Below are positions 27,843 to 35,399 of a stretch of 35,399 nucleotides of DNA, piece by piece. The notes beneath the pieces were generated by a model that saw only the letters and a list, made by a program, of their open reading frames with translations, searched no databases and was not told the origin of the DNA. The stretch is from the NCBI GenBank assembly GCA_965213685.1, contig CBDBZY010000008.1, positions 1 through 35,399 on the forward strand. The letters run 5' to 3'. The position numbers and the translations under genes were made by a program. The stretch is from a bacterium (GTDB lineage Bacteria; UBA8248). The number at the start of each line of letters is the position of its first letter. The first letter of the stretch is position 1.

Positions 27843-29233
27843 GGGTGCCCCCGGACGGGCGGCCGAGCGTGCTGCATGGCTGGTGGGAGTCGTCCTGCCG
27901 CCATTACCTCCGCGAGAGTTTTGGAGATGCGGCCGAGGAGATTCGGAAAAACCTTGCCGAAACGCTTTTTCCTCCCTGCGCGGAACCCACCCTGCCGGAG
28001 CAGGCGCTTCCGGTTTCCTTCCTCCATCTGCGGCTGCTGGCCGGCGAGGAGTTGGGCTTCGCGCTCCGGCGCGTCCGGGCGCTGGCTGCGCTTTTTGGCG
28101 TTCGGGGCGCCAAGCCGACGGTCGGTTTTCTGTATCTGATGCTGACGGCGCTGACGTCCCGCCCCGGCAAGTTGTCGTCCATGGCGGAGGCGCGGTCCGC
28201 GTTTTTCAGCCTGTTGCTTCGCCGCGTGGCGCAGATGCTGGACGAAGGTGCGGATGAGGACGCCATTCGCAAGGAGCTGGCGGGCGTCTGGGAGGTGGGC
28301 ACGGAGGCGGCCGCGGACGCCACCCTGGAAACCGCGCGCGGCCTGTGGCGACGCTCTGCGGATTCGCGTCTCGGGCTGGGCGCCCTGCCGATGGATATGG
28401 GCGCGTGGCTTGCGGACGACGGCCTGGCGCAGGGCGTCGCCGCTGCCCGGAAGATGTATCGGGAGGTGGAGGAGAACCACCATCTGTCCGAAACCCTTCA
28501 TCGCCTGGCGACGATAGAGGGGCTGGGAGTCGCGCTGGAATCCGCGGGACACGCCGCCCGGAAGCAGGGGCTGGAAGACGCGCGCGCCGGTTTGGCGCGG
28601 AGCCTTGCGGGTGCGCTGGATGGTCTGACGCCTTGGGAGTCGGGAATCCTGCGTCCCGCGCCCGCGCCCCTGTTTTCCTTGCTCGCCTGGGCGCGCAGGC
28701 TCCGGCTGCTGGATGGGGGAGAGACGCCCACCGCCTACCCCGGGCGGGAGAGGCTGCCCGATTGGCTGAAGGATTTCCTGGGCCGGAAAAATGAGCGGGG
28801 TGGCATTCTCGCATCGGCCCGGTTCACCGTGGGCGGAGAGACCTACATTGTCGCGGGCGTGGATGAGTCGGCCCCGTCCGCGCTCCTGTCGGCCGTTGGC
28901 TTGGGCGCGCCCGAGCGGACGGCTCCCGACGCGCTGCGCCTGAACGTTCGATTCGGGGACGGCGCGGAAAAATCGTTTCCATTCCGCCTGGATGACGGGA
29001 AAGACCTGCTGGCGGCGTTGTTCCTGGCGGATCAGGATGACGTGCGGCTGGACGTCATCGTGCGCGGGGCGGACGGGAGATGGCGGTTCGGCACCTCCCG
29101 GTATCTGGGGATGTCGCGGGAGCACCGCTCCTTCTGGCGGCGATGCCTGTTCGCTTTCCTGGCGGAGAAGTTTGCGGGCGATGAGAGCAGGGTTCGGCTC
29201 GCGATACTGCGGGGGGCGAGGCGGGGAGGGTGA
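27839..29233 (+). CDS. Hypothetical protein (~464 aa)
   Basis: Part of ORF 27533..29233 from the ATG overlapping the upstream stop. Composition is protein-like; no family recognised. Confidence 0.75.
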   Translation: MRVPPDGRPSVLHGWWESSCRHYLRESFGDAAEEIRKNLAETLFPPCAEPTLPEQALPVSFLHLRLLAGEELGFALRRVRALAALFGVRGAKPTVGFLYLMLTALTSRPGKLSSMAEARSAFFSLLLRRVAQMLDEGADEDAIRKELAGVWEVGTEAAADATLETARGLWRRSADSRLGLGALPMDMGAWLADDGLAQGVAAARKMYREVEENHHLSETLHRLATIEGLGVALESAGHAARKQGLEDARAGLARSLAGALDGLTPWESGILRPAPAPLFSLLAWARRLRLLDGGETPTAYPGRERLPDWLKDFLGRKNERGGILASARFTVGGETYIVAGVDESAPSALLSAVGLGAPERTAPDALRLNVRFGDGAEKSFPFRLDDGKDLLAALFLADQDDVRLDVIVRGADGRWRFGTSRYLGMSREHRSFWRRCLFAFLAEKFAGDESRVRLAILRGARRGG

Positions 29234-29305
29234 GCGGCGCCGGTCGCGCGCCCCGGGATGTGGGCCGGCTTCGTCCCGGCCTCACGCGAGGAATCCGGGG
29301 CAGCC

Positions 29306-30583
29306 CTAGGCGCGCACCCGCCAGACGAGGGCGATGGCGATGAGCCGGCTGGCCGCCATGGCGGTGAACACCCAGAACCACCCGTTGTCGACGGCCAGGG
29401 ACAGCCACCCGAAGAATACGGCCTGAAGCGCCCCGTAGACGTAGCCGTGCGCGTCCAGGACGCCGGCGGCCGTTCCGGCCAACCTCCTGCCCGCCAGGTC
29501 CACTCCCAGTGCCTGGACGGTGGACATGTTGACGCAAAATCCGCCCACGATGAGCAGGACGACGGCGAGCGGGATGTTGTCGGCTGGCGCATAGGCGATT
29601 CCCATCATCGCGGCGGTGCTCAGCACGGCGGCGAGGATGATGACGATGGAGCGGTTGCTCTGGAAGAATCGGTCGGAGATGATTCCGCCGAATACGGGGC
29701 CGAACAGGTATCCCAGAGGATAGGCGAAGGTGAGCAGCCCCATCTGCTTGAGGTCGAACCCGCCCGCCTGGGCGTAATACAAAGGCGCCCACGAGACGAC
29801 GCCGTAGCGCACCACGTTGTCCAGCCCCTTGACGTGGCACGCCAGAAAGAAGCGGAAGTTCGTCATCAGGTGCACGTACGCCCTGAGGCCGCGCTCGCTC
29901 TCGCTGCCCGCCGCTTCCGCCTCGCGGGACACGTCGTCCGCCTCCCGGTATTCGGGGAGGCCCAGCTCCGCCGGCCTGTCCCTGGAGACGAAGTAAAAGA
30001 TGATTCCCATGACGGCGATGAGCATCGGGGGGTAGCGAATGGCGGCGCGCCAGCCGTATTGTGCCGCCGCCCAGGGCACGACCGCCCATACGATGAGGAG
30101 CGCGATTCCGGCGGATGTTCCCACGAGGCCGATCGCCTGCCCGCGCTCGCTTCGGGGCCACCACTGCGCCACCAGGCCGAGACCCGGGCCCCATGTGGCC
30201 GCGTTCACGAAGCCGACCACCGCCCAGGGGATGGCGAGCGTGGCGATGGAGTCTCCGAAGCTCGCGAGGAAGTTGAACGCGGACGTGCTGATTGCGGCGA
30301 AGAGGATGGTGTTTCTGTAGCCGATTTTTTCCGCGATCCGCCCAAAAACCAGATCGCCCAGGGCGAAGCCCCAGAACATCCACGAGTTGATCCATCCGGT
30401 GTCCACCCGCGTGATGCCCATGTCCTGGATGACGGCGTATTGCACCAGGCTGAAGTTGAACCTGCCCAGATAGTTGAAGGCGTAGAAAACGCAGAAGGCG
30501 ATGAGGACGCGCCATTTCCAGCGGTGGAACTCGGGCGGCAGGTCGCGGTATCCGACTTGGGCCGGGTAGTCTCGCCGGCTCAT
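29306..30583 (-). CDS. MFS transporter, GlpT/UhpC (organophosphate:Pi antiporter)-like
   Basis: YAFNYLGRFNFS, WWPRSERG and GIISDR motifs, about 12 TM segments. Confidence 0.88.
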   Translation of the reverse strand: MSRRDYPAQVGYRDLPPEFHRWKWRVLIAFCVFYAFNYLGRFNFSLVQYAVIQDMGITRVDTGWINSWMFWGFALGDLVFGRIAEKIGYRNTILFAAISTSAFNFLASFGDSIATLAIPWAVVGFVNAATWGPGLGLVAQWWPRSERGQAIGLVGTSAGIALLIVWAVVPWAAAQYGWRAAIRYPPMLIAVMGIIFYFVSRDRPAELGLPEYREADDVSREAEAAGSESERGLRAYVHLMTNFRFFLACHVKGLDNVVRYGVVSWAPLYYAQAGGFDLKQMGLLTFAYPLGYLFGPVFGGIISDRFFQSNRSIVIILAAVLSTAAMMGIAYAPADNIPLAVVLLIVGGFCVNMSTVQALGVDLAGRRLAGTAAGVLDAHGYVYGALQAVFFGWLSLAVDNGWFWVFTAMAASRLIAIALVWRVRA

Positions 30584-30727
30584 GCGCCGCGCGTCGTTCG
30601 GCGGGCCCGCAACGACGGCGGCGGGGGCGCGAAGGCCTCCTGGCGAGGTTCCGGCGTCCTGGGGTTTTCCGTGCGATTCATTCGCCTCTCCCGCGGGGGC
30701 GCCCCCCGTGGCGAGCGCCGGGTCCGC

Positions 30728-31993
30728 TCATCGCCCGCACTCTAGCAGATGGTAGTTCCTTTTTCCCTTCCGAAGGAGGATGTATCCGCCAAACAATACG
30801 TCATCGGCGGAAAGCGCGCTCTCCTCGGCCGTGACGCGCCGGTTGTTCACGTAGATGCCGCCGCCCTGCACGTCCTTTCGCGCCAGGGATTTCGACCTGC
30901 AGAGCCCGGTTTCCACCAGGGCGTCTATGAGCGGATAGGGCGGCGCCCCGCCTCGCCGGGTTCTCGGCATCTCCTCCGCGGCGCAGAGCAGGTCGTCTTT
31001 CTCGATGCCGTCGAGCGGCGCGCCAAAAAGCACCTCCGCGGCGCGTTCCGCGCTCCGCGCCGCGGAGGCTCCGTGCGCGAGCGTGGTCAATTCCCGGGCG
31101 AGGCGGCGTTGTCCCTCCCGCCGCTCGGGCGCGCGGAGGTGCTCCCTCTCCATTTCGGCAATCTCATCCACCGGCAGGAAGGTGAAATATCGCAAGAATC
31201 TGCCGACGTCCCTGTCGTCCGTCCGCATCCAGTACTGGGAGAAGCGGTAGGGACTGGTTCGCTTCGGGTCCAGCCAGATGTTCCCCTTTTCCGTTTTCCC
31301 GAACTTCCTGCCGTCGGAAGTCGTGATGAGCGGAAACGTCATGCCGTGCGCAGGCTTTCCATGCACCCGCCGAATCAGCTCGATGCCCGCCGTGATGTTG
31401 CCCCACTGGTCGGAGCCGCCGACTTGCAGGGCGCAGTCCTCCCGCCGGAACAGGTGCAGGAAGTCATACGCCTGAAGCGCCATGTAGCTGAACTCGGTGT
31501 AGGATATTCCCGCGTCGGCGATGCGGGATTTGACGGATTCTTTCGCCATCATGTAGCCGATGGAGAAATGCTTGCCGACGTCCCGAAAAAAATCGATGAG
31601 GCGCATCCGGTTCAGCCATTCCGCGTTGTTCACCAGGCGCGCGGCGTTTGGCCCGCCGCCAAAATCGAGGAACCTCTCCAGCTGCGCCCGGATTCCCTCG
31701 AGGTTGCGCTCCAGAACTTCCGCGTTCAGGAGGTTTCTTTCTTCGGATTTTCCCGAGGGGTCTCCTATCATTCCGGTGCCGCCGCCGACGAGCGCTATCG
31801 GCCGGTGCCCCGCGCGCTGAAACCGCATGAGGCCCACGATGGGAACCAGGCTCCCGATGTGCAGGCTGTCCGACGTCGGGTCGAAGCCGCAATACGCGCT
31901 CGCGCCGCCTTCTCCCAGGGCGCGCCGCATCCCCGCCTCGTCCGTGTGGTCATGCACCAGTCCGCGGGCGCTCAACTCATCCAGCAGATTCAT
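30728..31993 (-). CDS. tyrS: Tyrosine--tRNA ligase
   Basis: YCGFDPTSDSLHIGS, QVGGSDQWGNI and KFGKT motifs, C-terminal S4 domain. Confidence 0.98.
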   Translation of the reverse strand: MNLLDELSARGLVHDHTDEAGMRRALGEGGASAYCGFDPTSDSLHIGSLVPIVGLMRFQRAGHRPIALVGGGTGMIGDPSGKSEERNLLNAEVLERNLEGIRAQLERFLDFGGGPNAARLVNNAEWLNRMRLIDFFRDVGKHFSIGYMMAKESVKSRIADAGISYTEFSYMALQAYDFLHLFRREDCALQVGGSDQWGNITAGIELIRRVHGKPAHGMTFPLITTSDGRKFGKTEKGNIWLDPKRTSPYRFSQYWMRTDDRDVGRFLRYFTFLPVDEIAEMEREHLRAPERREGQRRLARELTTLAHGASAARSAERAAEVLFGAPLDGIEKDDLLCAAEEMPRTRRGGAPPYPLIDALVETGLCRSKSLARKDVQGGGIYVNNRRVTAEESALSADDVLFGGYILLRKGKRNYHLLECGR

Positions 31994-32150
31994 GGCCGCC
32001 CCCCCATGGTGTTCCCTTGTCGCGGGCTACCGCTTGCCGAACGCTTCCTGGTCCAGAATGCCATCCTCCCGCCGATATTGTATCGTATCGATATATAGCA
32101 GGGCAGGGTGCTCCCTGAAAGCCGTCGCATCGATTTTTGAGGAAAGCGCG

Positions 32151-32897
32151 ATGCCGCTTCGCTTTGATTTTCCAGGGAAAAAGGTCATTCTCACCGGGGC
32201 GACGGGGGATGTGGGCGGGGCGCTCGTCCGGGGATTTCTGAACGCGGGGGCGCGGGTCGTCGCCACGGGCCGGAACCCGGAAAAACTGGGCGCCATCACG
32301 TCCTCCCGGGGGATGGCGAAAAAAATATCCTGTGATCTGGAAAACGTGGATGGGGCGAGGGCCATGATGCGCGAGGCGCTCGCATGGCTGGGCGGATGCG
32401 ACGTCTTCGTTCACGCGGCGGCGCACATGCTGGTGAACCCCCCCTTCGCGCTCTCCGAGTCGGACTGGAGGCGCGCGCTTCGCGTGAATCTCCTGGCGCC
32501 TTACTGGTGCGTTCAGGAGGCGATGCCCGCTCTCAGGCGCTCCCCGGCGGGGCGCGTCATCCTGTATGGTTCCGGGGCGGGAAAATCAGGAGGACTGGGC
32601 CGCAACCTCACCTACGGGGCCGCGAAGGGCGGTGTTTTGGCCATGACGTTTCAGCTGGCGCGCGCGCTGGCCAGGACGAATGTGACGGTGAACTGCCTCG
32701 TCCCCGGGCCGATTGACGGGACTTTGATGCGGCAGTTCGGCGCGGACCTGTACAACAGGGCGCTGGCGAGGCACCCGATGGGGAGGTTCGCCCGCCCGGC
32801 GGAGCTCGTGCCGCCCACCCTGTTTCTCGCGAGCGAGGAGGCCGCGCACATCACCGGCGAAGCACTGGACGTGAACGGGGGCTATTTCACCGACTAG
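32151..32897 (+). CDS. SDR family oxidoreductase (FabG-like)
   Basis: TGATGDVG, YGAAKGG, VNCLVPG and ITGEALDVNGG. GAGG SD before ATG 32151. Confidence 0.9.
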   Translation: MPLRFDFPGKKVILTGATGDVGGALVRGFLNAGARVVATGRNPEKLGAITSSRGMAKKISCDLENVDGARAMMREALAWLGGCDVFVHAAAHMLVNPPFALSESDWRRALRVNLLAPYWCVQEAMPALRRSPAGRVILYGSGAGKSGGLGRNLTYGAAKGGVLAMTFQLARALARTNVTVNCLVPGPIDGTLMRQFGADLYNRALARHPMGRFARPAELVPPTLFLASEEAAHITGEALDVNGGYFTD

Positions 32898-32986
32898 GAG
32901 GCGTCCCGGACGGCGGGGGCCGGGAGTCCGCATTTTGGTCGCGCGCCACAATGGCCGATGGTTGAACCCTGGATGGGAGCCGCTCC

Positions 32987-33400
32987 ATGCCCATGAGCCG
33001 GAAGGGACAGGAGTTGTTCGACAAGATGCTGCAGGCGCGCGGGTTTGTTTTTCCCGCCTTCGAGTTGTTGTGCGAGATGGATCCGGAGCTCATCGCGCGC
33101 TACGAGGAGATGAAAAACCACGTGATGGGCAAGGAAGACGAGATGCCGGAGAGGGTGCGCGAGCTGTTTGTCTCCGTCGCCATCGCTGTGCGGGATCCGT
33201 CCGCGCACGAGCAAATCAAACTGCACCTCCAGCGCGCCATGCAGCTGGGCGCCACCGCGCGGGAATGTCTCGAGGCGTTCGAGTCGGTTCTGGCGCCTTG
33301 CGGGATGATGGTATTGATCGCCGGCTGCTCCGCCCTGAAAGAGGCGCTCCAGGAGGCGGAGGAGGGGGAGGGGCGGGCTGCGCCGCCCGTGGTAGACTAG
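32987..33400 (+). CDS. Carboxymuconolactone decarboxylase (CMD/AhpD-like) family protein
   Basis: MPERVRELFVSVAIA...LHLQRAMQLGATARECLEA pattern. No CxxC. Confidence 0.82.
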   Translation: MPMSRKGQELFDKMLQARGFVFPAFELLCEMDPELIARYEEMKNHVMGKEDEMPERVRELFVSVAIAVRDPSAHEQIKLHLQRAMQLGATARECLEAFESVLAPCGMMVLIAGCSALKEALQEAEEGEGRAAPPVVD

Positions 33401-33557
33401 GCGGGTGCGCTCCCGCGCGCGGATCGGACAGATGGGCGCAGCGACAGGGCGGCGGGAGGCCGCGCTGGTCGCGAAAGACGGCGACAGGCGGCGATGCGGG
33501 CGTGGGGCGTCCTGAGTGAGCGGATGGGGAGGTAGTCCACATAAAGGAGTTGTCGCA

Positions 33558-33893
33558 ATGAACGTTCAGGAACTCGTGGCGAGGTTTCCCGAAATCCCCG
33601 AGGATTTGCACGGCGAAGAGGTGCTGGCCCGGTTTGCGGGCGCTTTTGGCGAGCCTCTCGCCATCGCGCGGAAGCCCTCCGCGTGCTCGAGCGGACATGA
33701 CGCCGGGAACCACTACTATATGAAACTGGTGAACCCAATAGGCATATATCGCCTGGGGCTGATGAAACGCGAGATGTTGCTCGCGCAAATCGCCGGACTG
33801 GTGGAGAGGCAACAAGCGGACCCGCGCTTTGCGGAAACGCTCGTCCCGCCTGACGCCAAGGGCAGCGAGGTCAGGGGGCCTGCCTGCGGGTAG
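33558..33893 (+). CDS. Hypothetical protein (111 aa)
   Basis: Strong AAGGAG SD before ATG 33558. Followed by a hairpin. Confidence 0.8.
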   Translation: MNVQELVARFPEIPEDLHGEEVLARFAGAFGEPLAIARKPSACSSGHDAGNHYYMKLVNPIGIYRLGLMKREMLLAQIAGLVERQQADPRFAETLVPPDAKGSEVRGPACG

Positions 33894-33910
33894 GGGGAGT
33901 TTCGGGGGTG

Positions 33911-33950
33911 AAAATCCCCGCGCCATTTCGGAGGGGCGGGGGGGATTTCT
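33911..33950 (+). terminator. Imperfect hairpin, possible terminator
   Basis: aaatccccgcgcc...ggcggggggattt followed by ctt. Confidence 0.4.
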
Positions 33951-33990
33951 TCGATTGCTGAACCGGCAGATTCACGATGCGGGTCTATGG

Positions 33991-34926
33991 ATGGAAAATA
34001 CTTCCCGGATGGTTCTCGTGGGTTCGTCAGCCCAAGAATTTCTCGCCTCGAGAGGGGAAGCAAGGCTGATCGGCGTGTTTCGCAAAAGCGCGTATGCGGA
34101 AAATGCTTCCGGACAGATCGCTTGCATAGGAGGGCGGGACATCGGGCCGGGGCCGCTGCACGCGCTTTGCGAATTCCCGGGAGGTGGGGATTTTCGGGCT
34201 AAAGCGTCCCTCCGGGACAGGGTGATGATCGAGAATGGCTGGATGCGGATCGGCCCCGAGATGAGAATCGACGCTTCCCGTCCGGAGGAATGGAAGCCGG
34301 ATCCATTGCCTGCGGATTGGGATTTGAGGGCGTTCAGGCGCAACCTCCCGTTTCTGGCGGAGCGGATAGCCTCCCAAAAGCTTGATGAGGGGTTGGCGCC
34401 ATTCATCCCGCCCATGATTCGCGGCGAACGGGTTTCCTCCAGCGAAAATATCCTGCAAGAAGCGCTCTGGAAGGGGGTCGGCGCGCTGCGCAGCTGGCTG
34501 CCGCGCATGCGGCGCGGGGAGAAGAGCCGGCAGGCGTTTCCGCTCATCGACACATGGCTCATAGGCCTTGGCCCGGGTCTCACGCCATCAGGTGATGACT
34601 TTTGGTGTGGCGTGATGATAGCGCTGCATGCGCTGGGATGGTCAGATGAGGTTTTGGGGAAGATGTCCGGCGCGATACTGGCGCGGGCCGGGGAGCGAAC
34701 CAACCGGATAAGTCGCGCGCATCTAGCGTGTGCGGCCAGGGGGCAGGGAGCGGGCGCCCTGCATGGCGCGCTCGCGGCGATGGGGCTGGCGGATGCGGAG
34801 CGTCTGGGTTCCGCCTTGCGCGCTGTGGAGAAAATCGGACACACCTCGGGCTGGGACTCTCTGGCCGGCGTCGTATGTGTCTTGACGTCTATGGAGGCGT
34901 GGCGGGGCAATGGCGTTCCTGCGTGA
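33991..34926 (+). CDS. DUF2877 (YlbF/AllH-like) protein
   Basis: LIGLGPGLTPSGDDF and IGHTSGWDSLAG motifs. Start approximate. Confidence 0.85.
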   Translation: MENTSRMVLVGSSAQEFLASRGEARLIGVFRKSAYAENASGQIACIGGRDIGPGPLHALCEFPGGGDFRAKASLRDRVMIENGWMRIGPEMRIDASRPEEWKPDPLPADWDLRAFRRNLPFLAERIASQKLDEGLAPFIPPMIRGERVSSSENILQEALWKGVGALRSWLPRMRRGEKSRQAFPLIDTWLIGLGPGLTPSGDDFWCGVMIALHALGWSDEVLGKMSGAILARAGERTNRISRAHLACAARGQGAGALHGALAAMGLADAERLGSALRAVEKIGHTSGWDSLAGVVCVLTSMEAWRGNGVPA

Positions 34927-34944
34927 TCTCGGGGAGCCTGGTGC

Positions 34945-35399
34945 ATGAGCAAGGTGGCCGTGTTGGGGGTCGGCGCGATTGGCGCCGTGTTCGGGGTCCG
35001 ACTGTGCCAATCAGATAGGCACGACGTGACGCTTTGCGTGCGACGGCCTATCGCCAAGCTCGTCGTGGAGACGCGCGATTCCGTGGTGGAATCCCAGGTG
35101 AAGTGCGCGGAGACTCCCTCGGAGGTAGGTCCCGTCGACTGCGTCCTCCTGGCGGTGAAGGGCCACCAGGTGAAAGATGTGGCGCCCTGGCTGGCGGCTC
35201 TGGTGGGCCCGGGGACAGTGGTTGCCGTTTTGCAAAACGGCGTAGAACACAAAGAGCGGGTGGCGCCATACGCCGGAGGGGGCGGAGGTCGTTCCGGTCG
35301 TGGTGAACTGCCCGGCGGATAGACTGGCTCCCGGGCATGTGGCGCAGCAGGGGGGTGCCCAACTCGTTCCGGAGGATGGGCGGGGCGCCCGGCTTCTCG
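34945..35399 (+). CDS. panE: Ketopantoate reductase PanE/ApbA family, 3'-truncated, apparent frameshift ~35277
   Basis: VAVLGVGAIG, LLAVK and VLQNGVEH motifs. Confidence 0.8.

Noticed and set aside
31994-32150. T-box leader for tyrS
   Set aside because: The spacer is short and shared with a divergent SDR gene, and no T-box motif (GGTGGNACCGCG) is present.
33401-33557. Possible riboswitch in the intergenic region (short hairpins, gcgaaag)
   Set aside because: I could not match c-di-GMP, fluoride or other consensus elements.

Overview
GC-rich bacterial chromosomal segment from a diderm organism. I found no rRNA, tRNA, CRISPR array, transposase or integrase. The flanks carry metabolic and housekeeping genes: PIG-L deacetylase, VOC protein, 3-hydroxyacid dehydrogenase, four-domain rhodanese, MBL-fold protein, Mo-bisPGD oxidoreductase, amidohydrolase, moaB, coaD, aspartate aminotransferase, MFS transporter, tyrS, SDRs, CMD, DUF2877 and a panE-like gene. 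The centre (about 9.0-24.4 kb) holds three paralogous type Va autotransporter genes. They have His/Gly/Thr-rich beta-helix-like repeat passengers and shared promoter/leader cassettes, and they show module swapping and tandem duplication, including a decayed copy of the neighbouring TauE/SafE gene. All three have a GGAGG Shine-Dalgarno exactly 8 nt before an in-frame ATT. In the third gene no ATG, GTG or TTG can supply the signal peptide, which suggests conserved AUU initiation. Several frameshifts (window ends, barrel of autotransporter 1) look like long-read indel errors. All family calls come from motif recognition, not database searches.
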